Part shown: positions 12,750 to 25,446 of the stretch, piece after piece
How the letters are laid out: the number at the start of each line of letters is the position of its first letter
Numbering within the stretch: the first letter of the stretch is position 1
DNA from: Dicyema japonicum
Lineage: Eukaryota; Animalia; Dicyemida
Direction: 5' to 3'
Assembly (NCBI GenBank): GCA_011109175.1
Contig: RDEW01000035.1
Coordinates: 288,069 to 352,068 of the forward strand
DNA: 64,000 nucleotides
The notes under the pieces: model-generated
The model's input: the letters and a program-made list of their open reading frames with translations, nothing else
Database searches by the model: none
Told to the model about the DNA's origin: nothing
Position numbers and translations under genes: made by a program

Positions 12750-13800
12750 CTTTATTGAACCAAAAAACCACCGTCATATCCAAAATATACAAATTCAAGT
12801 GATCCCAGCCTCCCTTAACAGTCTCCGCATCATTTCTTGGCCTTCCGACTGCGTTCCTGCGCATTTCCGATATGGACGGTGTCCGCATTCCAGAGTCCTT
12901 CGCAGAGGCACTGTTCCAGTCGCCTCTATCACATTTTCTAGGTTTCTAGGCAGGATTTCTACTCGGGAATATTTCCTTAGTAGGTTTGCTGCCTTCACTT
13001 GAATGTTGCATATCTTGTCCAAATTCGTTGCAGAAAGGTCAGATCCCCAGATATTACATGCATATCCTATTGTAACCTCGATGTACTGTTTGTATATGAC
13101 ATCCAGACCACTCAACTCTTTTATGTCTCTTAGGTTTCTCAAGAACGCCTTCAGGAAGTTGATTTTCCTCGTACAAGTCAATAACATATTTTCGACATGT
13201 TTTGTAAAAGTTAAAGTTTCAAAGGTAACTCCCAGGATTTTCTGGTATTTTTTGCGGGATATTCTTCCCATCAGTGTGACGTCAATCGATACTTTCCCTA
13301 GTCTCTGTTTGTCGTGAATAGGGTCAACACGACTTCTCCAAGCTAGCAGTCATTTGATTTTCCCAAAGCTGTAGAGATTGAAGAGTGGGGTGACAGTGGA
13401 GAGCCTTATGGGACTCAATTTGGAACGTAACGAGATCTTGATTTGATGTGCAAAGTGCCTGTGCTCGTCTTCCATTTAAGAAGTTTCCAAGCCAAAGTTT
13501 CAAGTTCGAATGCATTTTGGTTTCAAATATCTTATTTGTAAGGAGTTTCCTGGGGACTGAGTCGGACGCATTTGTGATGTCCACGGATATAAGTACTGTC
13601 CTCTGATGGGGTTTGGGGGAGTTAAATTTTTCCGCAATGAATTATGTGAGGGTTGTTGTGTTCTAATGGTTACCCCGGAATCCGTGCTGGGTCGAAGGTA
13701 TTGAGATTGAGTCTTGTACTTTTTCTAGAACAAACCTTTAAGGGATCCTTGAGACCGGACCCAGAATGGATATTGGGCGATAGGATTATGGTTCATTTAT
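12750..13800 (-). mobile_element. Ingi/Vingi-like LINE, RT to 3' end, decayed
   Basis: SYRPISIL, QHGFR, KPHQRTVLISVDITNASDSV, KILGVTF, YACNIW. Ends RRLLREAGIT* plus a short 3' UTR ending ggttcaataaa. No RNase H seen. Confidence 0.85.
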
Positions 13801-13803
13801 TTG

Positions 13804-14140
13804 TTAGGTTTTCAAATAGGTTTGATTAGAGACTTCTTCCATATTTCCAGCCTCCAACATCTCTCGAATTATCTTCGAATGCTCCGCCAATAAACCAACA
13901 ACGTTCTTGAAGTGTCTTTTATTTCGCCATAGGAATTCTATCGGAGTGCACTTTTTTAATGCCGATCTGTATTTCTCCGCATGAACCGCCCTCTCTCTGA
14001 ATGGGTTTCCTATCTCCTTGCACATACGTAGGAAGCCCTGGCCATTTCTCAAGGGGATGGATGGTGTCTGATTGCATATGCTGCATGAGGGCAAAGCTCC
14101 CAGTTTATTTAAATAATTAAAAGAGCAAATTAAAATAAAT
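13804..14140 (-). mobile_element. Internally deleted Merlin-like transposase
   Basis: YLNKLGAL..CSIC N-terminus fused to an EFLWR C-terminal motif. Confidence 0.4.
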
Positions 14141-14175
14141 TTTAAATTATTCGCGTAACTCTGAATCATTTAGAT

Positions 14176-16199
14176 CAGGGGTTCTCAACCTGGGGTCGAT
14201 TCGACCCTCAGGGGTCTAAAATCAATCCAGATCGATCGTAAGGGGGTCGAAAATAAATTTAATATATTTAATCTTTTTCATTTTAAATTAAGTTAGTTTA
14301 TTTTTAAAGTGGTAAACCTTTGTTCTTTAAAATTTTTAAAATTACCATGCATGTTTTTGTTCGTGTATGAGTCGTCCTTCTACATTAAAAATTCGTCAAT
14401 ATAAAAATGAATATTTGGAATTTGGATTTATAAAATTTTTTTTGATAATAGACCATATTGCTTACTGTGTAACAAGTTATCAAATGATGCAATGAAACCG
14501 TCCAAATTGTTGGATCATCTTAGGAGTAAACATTCGGATAAAAAAGATAAACCATTAGAGTATTTTGAAGAATTAAAGGATTCTTTTCGTAAACAAAAAA
14601 CGATTGACAGTTTTTACAAATAGTATTGAAAGAAACAAAAAATACTATTTTTTTCGCTTCAAATTGACGAAAGTCATACATGTGACAACCAATAAATTCT
14701 AATGGGATATGTCAGGTTAATCTTATTAGAAGCTTACCTTTTAAGATATTTTGACGATCATGCTATTCCTACAGAAGCTTTATTATTCGTCAAATATTTG
14801 GAAACTGATATGACTGGATTTTCTATTTTTTCCGTAGTCAAATTATTTTTGGATGACAAGAAGATTCCATATGAAAATTTGGTTTCTTGTGCCACAGATG
14901 GTGAATGTCTATGGTTGGAAAATATAAAGGATTTGCGCATATTTGACAAAAATATGTCCAAATGTGATTCATATACATTGCGTCCTACATATACAACATT
15001 TGGTTTCAAAAGCTCTTTCGCCAATTCTACATGAAACGTTAAATATAGTTATTAAAACCATAAACAAAATTAAAGCAAACAGCAAGTATGACCGTCTTTT
15101 TAGAAAATTTTGCTATGAGGCTAAAGAAACATATGTCCGTCTTGTGCTTCACACTGAGGTTATAGTTTCCAATTTTATTTTATAGGTACGATGGTTATCA
15201 AAGGGAAATGCATTAGAACGATTTTCAATATTATTTGACACAATCGTAAATTTTCTTACTTCTGGGTGATAAAACTTTAGCAGATTTAATTGTATCGAAA
15301 AAGAAAGAAATTGTTTATTTGACTTGGATTTTTGGAAAATTTAATGAAGTTTCATTAGAACTTCAGGGAAAGTATGTGACGTTAATAGATTGTAAAAGAA
15401 TTATTCAAATATTTATCGAAAAAATTAAGTTATATAAATATAACTTGGAAAAAAGAAATTATTATAACATTCCCGAATTCCACTCAATTGGTCAAACATT
15501 TGATAATGAAGATATTAACAACTTTTTGCAACATTTATTACGTGTAGAAAAAGATTTGATTCTTCGATTCCAAGATATTCTTGAATTTGAAATTTCATTT
15601 TAAATGTTTAATCTGTTTTTGTCAAAGCCAGAAGAACAAAAAGAAAATATTAAAGAGGAATTAATTATGTTAAAATTCAATCCAGAATTAAAACTATTTT
15701 AGAATGATTCACAATCACCTGCTATTTTTTGGCAAAATATGAAAGTGAAGGAGAGTTATCCAAAATTGTGGACATAAATAGCACAATTGCTACTCTATTT
15801 TCCGACATCATACTGTGTTGAATGCGGATTTAGCATTCTACATCGAATTGTAAATAAAGAACAAAACAGATTGGAAGTGTCCATTAGAGGAGATATTCGT
15901 TTAAAAATAACACAAATAGATCCAGATATCGAATCTTTGGTCAAAAAACATCAGTCACAGGGATCCCATTGGTATTTAATTTTTTTATTATAGATTTATG
16001 CTAAGATACCAACTTAACATCGAGTATATACTTTTTTTGTTTGATTTGATTATTAACAATGAATTCATTTTAGATAGTTAACTAATTTTACTTAAAATTA
16101 TCTGTTCAAAATAAAAAAGTTTTAAGGGGTCGATTAAATATTAGGGGGGTCGAAAAAAAAGTCATGGGGTCGACGAGTAAAAAAAGGTTGAGAACCCTG
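14176..16199 (+). mobile_element. hAT (Buster/Charlie) transposon with both TIRs, 8-bp TSD and two microintrons; transposase deleted and decayed
   Basis: TIR CAGGGGTTCTCAACCT / AGGTTGAGAACCCTG; TSD atttagat at 14168-14175 and 16200-16207; MKPSKLLDHL, LQIDES, CATDG, HCVLH, HTE|VRWLSKG, FPTSYCVECGFS; introns at 14716-14745 and 15159-15185. Confidence 0.95.
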
Positions 16200-17697
16200 A
16201 TTTAGATGGTTGATGTTGGCCATAAAACTGGTTTAGTTGACCCCCTCAAAATTATACTTTAACAGAAGAATTAGCAAATTTAGGCCAAAAAACAACGAAG
16301 TGGAACTATAAATAAAGAAATAGATGTTTCTGTGCGATCCCGACAAATTTGAAATTCTGAGATATGTAGGCGAATGTTTGAAAATATAATTATTCCAACA
16401 GGTAAATCTGATGACGTGGACACCTCTGTAAGGTTATTATCAAAAAGCTCCGTACCGACTACCGGGAAGGGCTTCTATTACGTTTCTCCAGGTACAGAAA
16501 TAAGATGTAATATTTTTCTAAAATTCAAGGATTGACTCCGTAATTCGAAGATTTAAGGATAATTCTGGGGGTTTTGCATAATAATTTGCAGAAACTCTTC
16601 ACAACATCATGTTTGGGGACAAAATTATAACACACGTTCCCTCCACAGCTATCAGGTCATACCTCTTAATCATTAGACGATCTACACCGTTTCCTGATAC
16701 TGTTTTCAGATCGGAACGACCCATATAGGGCCTTGCACTATAACCTTCCCGGATGAGATAGTACGACATTACTGAATTAGTAAGAATACGACTGAGGCGT
16801 GTGACACAAACGGACTTAGTTAACATAACGTTCAATGGTCTGTGAAAGTGCTTTAATAAAATACACTGATTCCTACGTCAGATTAGTCCCTGAACTTATG
16901 TAACAAACGCTCACTTGATCAGCAATTCGGCTATTGGCTGGTAAATGAAGCATATAACTGTTTGTGTTTCTCTGATTAACCAAGGTGATGAGAATTTATA
17001 ATTAGAAGAGAAGCAATGTGAGTATTTGATCGCTTGAGGGGTTGAGAATTGTTCGTGTTAAAGGATGTCCAAACGAGAAAGAAAGACCAAGTCCTTAACC
17101 CACGTGGATATTTGAAGGAGGTACTTGTTAAGAATGAATCTCCATTGAGAAACAATGTCGACCACTAGCAAATTCTTCAAGGAATAATAGTCACGTGGAT
17201 GATGAAGCTTATGGCTTATCACAGGAAGCATTTACGACTCGCTCCAGCAAATTGATGATTTTGTGAACTACCTACGAGACTGAGAGCTCTGAAACTGTTA
17301 TTTCTGCGAAACCGTACAAACCGATAGCGTGAAGCAAAGAATTCTGAAAAAGTTTTTGAAGCTGAGATCCGTGAAACTGGAGATTTTTGAAAATTGGAGA
17401 ATCCTAGGGTCAAGTCTAAAAAAGACGAACTAACTGACGGATCTGTCACTTAAAGGAAGAAATCGATTGATACAATAAAAGGAGACTCAGGGGAGCTGAA
17501 AAGTCTAGAAAACGGAAAAAATTAGTAAATTTGTCAACTTAAACGAGCAGTGGATGATTCACTCACTGAGAAAGGGAATAAAGAGTGTTCACAGAAAAAT
17601 AAAAAAATCCCCACGTTTATGTATCATTTACTGAACCTCCTAGAGGATGAGACTATCTATGGTATTTCTTATTAACTGTTAACACTCTTACGGAAAT

Positions 17698-18160
17698 ATT
17701 TTCGTGAAGAGTGGCTTATGTTCAAAGCTGAACCACGTGACTACACGTTTGACACGACTCGACTCAACGCATTAGTGGTCTTTTGACCATACTTTCGTGA
17801 AGTAGTGGATTTTGGCTGAAGGCTTGACTAGAAATCACGGAATAACACGTAGTAAGTAGTGGCTTTTGGCTTAGAGCTTAACTTGAAATCACCCGATAAA
17901 CCGTGGAAATTATCGTCTTTGCTCAAATTTGATTGGAAATTCTTGGATCCACGTGGAAGCAGTTGTTTATGTCTCGAAGCTTCTGGACCGACTTGACACT
18001 ACGTTTGGACACTACTCGCTATTAACTCACACTTTAGTGGTCTCCCGGACCATATTTTCGTGAAGTAATGGTTTGTGTGTCAAGGCTTGACTGGAAATCA
18101 TCTATAACAAGTGTGAAGTAGTGGCTTATTGCTCAACGCTTCATTTACCCGCGTTACTTC
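17698..18160. repeat. Degenerate ~54-bp tandem repeat with a ~260-bp higher-order period
   Basis: About seven variants of cgtgaagtagtggcttttggctcaaggcttgactggaaatcac. The block acgtttg(g)acac...tagtggtc...gaccata occurs twice. Confidence 0.8.
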
Positions 18161-18369
18161 ACTTTTAAACTCTACTGACTATTGATCAACTCCTTACTGG
18201 AGTCTCCTGACTTACTCAAAACAACAAAATTCGTATCAAAGCGAAGTGACTTACAAACCGGTGTTCTTTATACGAGTTGAAAGGATCATATTCTGCAAAG
18301 GCTCAAAAGTCCCTTTCAGAATATCAGACTTTTGCCACATACAACACTTGAAGTTGTAGCTAGATGAAA

Positions 18370-19560
18370 CCACATGAATTCTTTCATACTCAGTATTCAT
18401 TCTGAACGCATAGAGAGTTCCGTGAAGGTCTCCACTTTTGAGTATGATGAAAGAACGCTTAGTAAATTATCTCAACTTGCTTTCTTCTCTTTTATTGTTA
18501 ACAAATTTGTGCAACTAGACAGAAACTTGTTCAGGAAATGCTTCTCATTGATGGATTTTGGGGAGTAACTCAGACCTTTTAGTCCGACAATATCAACGGG
18601 ATATGTTGATTTCACCTTCTCCGAGTCTTCCACATAAGTAATGTGGGAAATTGTATATATTTGGTCGATTTTGACAAAACTAGTAGTATTGGCCGTCTGT
18701 AAAGTTATCTCTGTATCCGTGAATTCCACAAATAGCATGTTCACGCTTTAAAACGCGGGAAATATCATACAAACTCATTTTCAAAAAGCCTCTTCGAACT
18801 TTGGATAGGAACAACATGACAAATTCAAATTAGCATCCCTCAACCAAAATTCCAGAGTGAAATCTCAGCTTAATAGTAAAAAATACAGCTTCTGTGGTCT
18901 TTTCCAACTTTATCAACCCTTAAAGACGTCTCTGCTCGCTTGAAGGTAAATATTCTTCAACAGGATCCCAATATCAGCCGAATGACGCCATCTTTCAAAA
19001 CATCCGAGAAGTATGGAATGATGCAATACTGAGTAAAGGCAGCCCTGTCTGGCAATCTTGGAGATCAAAAAACGACTGAACTGCGTTTGGGACAACAAAA
19101 ATGAGTTTATACGTTTGATCAGAGTAAGAAGGATGCCAGTATCCAAATGGTCATTTTCAAATATCGAATTAAAGCACATGCATGTCAAATGGAGCACAAA
19201 TTCCATGCGGTCCTTCAAGCCGTAGTCAAATAAAGACAGAAATACAGAGCACGTGTCGTGAAGTTGATTGAAAGTCAAAATATCCTGGAAATTAGTAAGA
19301 ATTCACTTCTGACCTCCCTACTGTCCTTTTTACGCGCCACGTTTAAAATGTGAAGCATTATTGTACTTTGAAATCTTTCCTTTCAGAAAAAAAGAAACTT
19401 TAAACCACGGAACATTGCAGGAGCTGAATTATAATGTCGTTGGTCCGCTAACCTTTCTCTGGGTCTTTTTAGCCTCTTTTAGGGAAAATCCAGTAAAGAG
19501 CACTTTTATAACAATTTTACTAAATAATCACACAAGTCAAATTCTTCTTCATTCATTTGA
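18370..19560 (-). pseudogene. Decayed host gene of unknown function with microintrons
   Basis: ORF pieces 18913-19278 and 18472-18744 with stops. 29-nt intron gtcagaagtgaattcttactaatttccag (19285-19313, branch-like tactaat) joins in frame. Confidence 0.5.
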
Positions 19561-19889
19561 AAGTGCTATTTAATCCGTGAAACAACATTTAATTGGCTGA
19601 AGCTTAGATAAATGGCCAATTTTTGCCCCAAATATAACAAAATCAACGATTCTACTCAGAGGCAGCTTATACTAAGTGGGCAGAATAAAGTCAATGAGAG
19701 AAATAAAGTGTACAAGAAAAAAATTAGATATACATTTTCTTCTCAGTCCCCTCTTTTTCTCCCGGGCTGTTCTGTCCCTATAATTTCTTCACAAGGAGTA
19801 TCCACTCGAGATCCGCCAATTTTGATTTCAACACTTTATGGCTAAACTTTCATCGTGATATCAACATTAGATACTGATTTTTCCGTGAA

Positions 19890-20140
19890 CCCGGGATTTT
19901 AAGTGGCCTGCCAGGATCTAAATGCTGGAAGATCACTTCCTGTTAGAGTGAAAATACTTCTGTGGCCGACCAATGGTTAAACTCCCTATCACACTGAACA
20001 AAGACCTCCAAAGATTGAAGAAATGCCTCTGGACGAGTTGATATCAATTGCGTGTAACCGTGAAGGATGGAAGAGGATACATTATTTGTTGCACATTCTT
20101 AGCTATAACCATTATGACAAGGCGATAAGTGCTTATAACA
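19890..20140 (+). mobile_element. Non-autonomous element with RTE 3' tail
   Basis: gcctgccaggatctaaatgctg and tail ataaccattatgacaaggcgataagtgct, both shared with 23188-23590. Confidence 0.65.
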
Positions 20141-20638
20141 ATAGTTCCCATCAGAGATTGTGAGTTATAGGATAGTCAGAAGTCTGAGGGATCATCAATC
20201 TGGTAATAAACCAATTTGTTTCGAATGAGCATTAAAACGTAGTCTTGGAATGATTCATGAAACGAAAAATATGGATGTCTTTCTATATTAGAGAAATCCC
20301 AAAAATATGACTAATCGAATATGTCACATATCATTACTAATTATGCTAATTAAAATGCCAATGCCTTTCAACATTAGATAAATCCCAAAAAATATGGGTT
20401 AATGACTTTCTATAGTGTTTCCCTCCTAGAGAGGAGATCTCCTTCGACCTCAGCTTTCCGGACAATGCACTTTGGATCAGTCGGCATACAAAAATATTAC
20501 TCCTTTCGACACTTTCTATGACTTTTGAGAGGGAGAAATTTTATATTAATATAATAATAATAAATTTTATAAATTAATTTTAATTAAAAAATTTTAAATA
20601 AATCTGAATTAAAAATAGCTTGCCTTTGGATTGACAGA

Positions 20639-21045
20639 ATGAGCATGCAACAGTTAGTGAAAAAGTTCGGATTGCTCAATTCCTCACGTGACAGCCGTGA
20701 GTATTTGCTAAAACATCCACAACTCGTCTCGTTTGATGGTGTCTTGACCATCATCATTTGGTGTGTGGATATGATTCATGCCAAAGTAGGATATTTGATT
20801 TCTTTAGAAATTTTCCTTGGCAGATCGTGTGATTCACCAAGCCATGTTTATCGTCTTCATCCACCATATGGATGATCAGGAAGGGCAAGATCCCCTATCA
20901 AAAATTAACACATTTTTCTTGAAGTAGTAAAAGATTTGAATTTAGATATAACAACGAGAGTAAGGATCCAAGATTTTTGGATTTTAAAAGTTCATTTAAT
21001 GAGCAAGTGGAGGATTATAAAGCGAGGATCAGATCGGCAGATCAG
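20639..21045 (+). pseudogene. CDC37: Cdc37 (Hsp90 co-chaperone) middle-domain gene fragment with two 22-nt introns (20786-20807, 20924-20945)
   Basis: Spliced peptide VKKFGLLNSSRDSREYLLKHPQLVSFDGVLTIIIWCVDMIHAK|KFSLADRVIHQAMFIVFI...DPLSKINTFFLK|YNN...FNEQVEDYKARIR parallels Cdc37 IKHFGML..WDDSQKYL...HLV....NYLVIWCID...QVAHQ...FI...DP...FF.K...FNDELEAFKERVR. N- and C-terminal domains are absent. Confidence 0.8.
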
Positions 21046-21614
21046 TTCCGATCATTCTTTTTCACTCTTCTTCATGAATTACTTGACTATTTTATAATTT
21101 TGGTTTTTGTTAGTAAGTGTGCCTATTTCTTGTGGTCGACATTGTAGAGTTTATTGAAGGATCAATGACATCAATATGTATAGAGTGGTCTCATATAGTA
21201 GCATCTTTTTGCTTTAAAAGAGTGATACTCTCATTTACACTTGGTTTAAGTTTTTTTGTGATGATAGGTCAACTGTCAGCGACGTCATGTCTCTTAAGAT
21301 CTATTTTTGACATTCCCCACGACCTGAGTCATAAAGTAGTTTGGTTATACGAACGCATTAGCAGATTTATAGAAACGTGCTTCCAACATGTCCAGATACT
21401 CCACGTCGTGCTTCCAACATGTCGAACCTGTTTAAAATAATGGATTCTCCATAATTGGAGGTGCAAGGGTAAAAGCCCACAAGAGGACAAGTTTATCCAA
21501 CTAGGCATTCCTGTGACGTTAATGGTAAATATTATGTCGCGAGCGCTAGAGTGATCGAGCGCTGAGAAAGACAAGTCCATAAGGAACCAGCAGAAAAGGT
21601 AAAAGACGTTATTC

Positions 21615-21790
21615 TTGCAGTTGTGGAACCCCTTCAGTTGTGTGGGGGAGAGCAAATGACCTTTTTTCGTACCAGCTTGCATGGGTGCCACCTGAGACAA
21701 GTGGATGACATCGCAGTAGGAAAAGATGAGGAAAAGATGAAAATAGAAAATTTCAAACGACTTGGCATAATAATCAGCCGAATGAAGGTT
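21615..21790 (-). mobile_element. Core SINE (family 1)
   Basis: gtcatccacttgtctcaggtggcaccca...cgaaaaaaggtcatttgctctcc...gaaggggttccacaa. Confidence 0.7.
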
Positions 21791-21899
21791 AAATAATCAG
21801 TGAAATGATCGTAGTTTTTTTAAATTAACATTTTTTTATTAAAAAGTCAAAATCTTTATTAAAAGATCTTTAAATGATTATTCAATCGGTCCCCGCGGC

Positions 21900-22742
21900 A
21901 TTACGAGACCTTCGTTAGTTCTATGATGACAGCATCGTCGAAATTGCTTACGGGACGACGTTGACTTTATGTCAGAAGACAAATCGGCCTACTTCGACTC
22001 TCGAGGTGGCACCTGATGAGCTGACAGATGGTTCCTCGGAATGAACACCGCAAAAACCGACATTGTGGAAATCCAGAGAATGGAAAGCAGATCAAGTGAA
22101 ACGTGGCTTTACTTGGAGACTAACAAACTTGGCTTTTTACTTGGAGACAGCCAAGATATTGCCAGAAGGAAGGCCCTCGCTTGGGTAAAAAAGATGAACA
22201 AGTTGAAGAAAGAGTGCCACATCTCTTCATTGTGACTCTATGAAGCCTTTGTCAAGCCGATCCTAATGTACATTTCATCGACCTGGGGGATGTCAAAAAC
22301 CGAACAACTTGGACTAGACTCTTTCCATTGACGACAATTTAGATCCATACTAGGACTGAACTGACCAACTAGAATAAACAAGGAATCACTATATAAGAGA
22401 TGTTGTACGGGTCCACTGAGTCTCGAAATTGTTGATATGCGTTAGAGGCTATTTGGACATATCTTGCGAATAGACTTGAGTGCTCCAGCCAACATAGCAA
22501 TGGAGGCTTACTTAATTAGACAAGGGCCGTGTTTCCGTGGACGCCGGCATATTACACTCCATATACACTTATGGAGATCTAAAGCTTGTGAACAAAAGTC
22601 TAAGAAGTGGGGACGATCTGGACGAGTTGAGTAAACTGTCTTACGATCGAGGAGGTTGGAAGAAGTTGGTTCGGAGGATTGTTTCGAATGCTGTACGAAA
22701 GAAATTATAACTGTTATGATTTTACGCATGTTGCTTATAATA
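21900..22742 (+). mobile_element. RTE LINE 3' part, decayed
   Basis: LGFLLGDSQDIARRK, LYEAFVKPILMY..STWG, RLFGHILR, GRR, DRGGWKKLV, TAA tail. Confidence 0.9.
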
Positions 22743-22909
22743 AATGGTCCCGCTAATATAATTGATGTTGCATCTCACGATGACAGCGAAGATCAGCTGT
22801 AGATGTACTTAAGAAATTTGATAGTCTGATTTAATGTGTAAATTGATGTGTGATTTGAGTCTCCAATTGTGAGAAACTAATTATGGAATTTCCGCCCACA
22901 AATTGCTTT

Positions 22910-23104
22910 TTACAAGTTCATGTCGTCTCCTTCATCGGCGGCCTTCTGGTATTGCTGGTATTCGGCGACCAAATCGTTCACGTTAGAGTCAGCTTCAGTA
23001 AAATCTATTTCATCCATTCCCTAGCCAATGTACCATTGAAGGAAAGCTTTTCTTCTGGACATAGAAATAAATTGCTTTGATAAACGCTTGAAAAGTTCCT
23101 GGAG
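22910..23104 (-). pseudogene. TUBB: Beta-tubulin C-terminal fragment with a premature stop
   Basis: [63 protein letters not shown]. Confidence 0.95.
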
Positions 23105-23187
23105 ACTTTTCTAGGAACAGGGAAACAGATGACATCTAACATTGTTTCTTTTTTTAATGTTTACACCATATTATTTCTGATTGGCCT

Positions 23188-23590
23188 TTAGCCGCTTAGA
23201 GTGTCATTTGGCATGCAGTAGCCTGCCAGGATATCAAATGCTGAAATTTATAAAAATGCAATAGTAGGCCTCTAAGGGTGCACATCACTGACGCCAGATG
23301 GAGACTGTTTGGACACATCCTGGGTATGCTCCCTCAGCTAATGTGGCGATGGAGGATCACTTCATGTTCTATGGGAAATGCTTCCGTGGATGACTAAGGA
23401 TAACACTCCCTATAATACTGCACAAAGACTTCCAAAGAGTGAGGAAATGCCTAAATACGGAAGACAATCTGGAAGAGCTGAGATCGATTGCATGTAACCG
23501 TGGAGGATGAAAGAGGCTAACTAATAACATTGTGTTGTACATGCTTTACTATAACCATTATGACAAGGCGATAAGTGCTAATAATAATAT
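23188..23590 (+). mobile_element. Non-autonomous element: GCCGC head plus RTE 3' tail
   Basis: Head tagccgcttagagtgtcatttgg; RWRLFGHIL...PRITLP; (TAA)n tail. Confidence 0.7.
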
Positions 23591-23627
23591 CATTGATCTC
23601 GTTCCATTTAAAATTAATCGCAGTTAT

Positions 23628-24548
23628 CAGTCCGATCTCGAGGTTGTTCCAAAAATCTAGGTTGTAAATGAAATAATAATCTATAATAAAAAAACTTAAA
23701 AAATTTTATTATGGTGTACAAAAATGTTTAACTCTACTCTCAAATCCATATTCTTTTTCAGGTTTAGCTACAGTTTTTTCCTAAAGAGTAAAACTCAGGG
23801 AATCCGGAGCGATATTTAAAATGGATTCTTCCAAATCATTATTTGTTTGGTTTTTTTATTGTTTCATTTTGTCTTGATTCACCATAATATTTCATCATAG
23901 ATTTATTCCTAATAATTCCTCCTATACATCGCTTTGATCATTGAGGCTGTTTTTTGGTGTAAATACTGTTCCAGCATTTTATAGCAGATTCACGCCATGC
24001 CTCATATTAAAATCAGTGTCGTAAATTAATTTTGTTAAGGGATTCCAACAAATAATCTTCTTGTCGATAAAGCATATAAACTCCATAATTTTGAATAATT
24101 AAAAGATTTTAAAACTCCAATGGCTGAAGAATCGGAGAATATTTGGCAGGAAAAGTAATTCAATGTTTGAATGAATTTGTTTTCATGACATCGTCGAGGA
24201 GAACAAGGGTCTTTTTTTGATTTTTCAATTTTTTCGTTAATTCGACATAACCATGAATTAAAAAAGTCCTATGTCATCCAAGCATTCTGGGATGATGAAT
24301 ACATAACGATACAAGAGTATTTCATGTTTTTCTTGGTATTTTAGGCTCATCTTAAGAACGCCACGAGGATATTAAGTCAAAGTGAAATTTTCTTTTTAAT
24401 TTAAACCAATAAATAAGTTATAATTAATTTTGTTCCACGTCGACGTTTTTGGTCTTCTCCATTTCTACTAAATCCTACCAAGCGTTCAAAAAATCTGGGG
24501 GTGTTCCAAAAACCAAGGTGAGGTTTTCTCCGAATCGAGGTCTGACTG
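23628..24548 (-). mobile_element. pogo/Tigger-like transposon, deleted
   Basis: TIR cagtc(c/a)ga(t/c)ctcga, with TA after 24548; NAWMT...FNSWL...TLVLLDD...NIELLFLP...QPL motifs. Confidence 0.8.
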
Positions 24549-24739
24549 TAATATAGTCCGCAGTGAGGCTATTGATATAATTTCATTATTTTCATCAAAT
24601 ATGAGTAATGTGACTTAGGGAAATGATGGGAAATGTAGTATTCAGCTCTGTCGCTAGGGTTTTCAGAGTTCATTCACCAATATTTTCATATTTCGCGAAT
24701 TTAGCTTTCCATTTTCGGTCGTATTTTCCTGACATATTT

Positions 24740-25145
24740 CTTGAAGAGAAGTCACAGAGAGGTTTCCCGTCAATACAGAGCTCGGCAATAACACAAACAA
24801 ACTATAAATGTTTATAGAATGCCCCTTTTCTTCATGGTTTTTAAAAAAAACTCAAAGATGTCGACATCATCCGACTAATAGAATCTCTCAGGGGCCGTAT
24901 GTAACATCTTTCCGTTATAAATGTCGAATAGAAAGATGTAGTAGGAAAAATTGGTCTCCGACAGGTACACAGTCGTGTAGCTATCAAAATCAATGATAAA
25001 CACGAAATTCCAGCCGGTGAACATGTTCTCTGGTTTAAATCACCATGGTAAATCTAATTATTACATAATAGTCTCTGTTATGCCTGCATAAATTCCAAGC
25101 ACACAATAGCTGGAAAATAATCGAGTTTTTCAATCCACAAAGCGT
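24740..25145 (-). pseudogene. Possible decayed CUB + LDLa-like extracellular protein gene
   Basis: CAWNL...YVIIRF, DIYNG and FVCVIAELCIDGKPLCD, with frameshifts and stops. Confidence 0.3.
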
Positions 25146-25446
25146 TGGATTTGAGTACATTATGTCGAATAGACTGATGTACATGAAAGGCCGCATGAGA
25201 ACAGCCATTCTTTCTTTTATTATAGTCTCCAGTCAAAATTTGGATTACTTAGTATGGAGGACAGTTCATGGAAGACAAGAGAGCCCAATCGATGAAATTG
25301 TTGTTTTAGTGGGCTTTTCTTATTGTTTGAAATTTCGGGATTAAATGAAGTGAATTTTGCAACATAAAATTCTCATTCGAATTTAATTTTTGCAGTTTTA
25401 AAGAAAATTGTACTTCCCAAAGGCTTGAATAATGTAAAGTAAAATA

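Noticed and set aside
17698-18160. CRISPR-like array
   Set aside because: Repeats are degenerate, intervening segments recur, there are no cas genes, and the context is eukaryotic.
21376-21423. 17-bp direct repeat cgtgcttccaacatgtc, twice
   Set aside because: Only two copies with a 14-bp spacer; consistent with a local repair duplication.
22910-23104. Stop-codon reassignment (in-frame TAG in tubulin and ferritin)
   Set aside because: TAG replaces Glu in one and probably Trp in the other, alongside other damaging changes and truncation. This is ordinary pseudogene decay.
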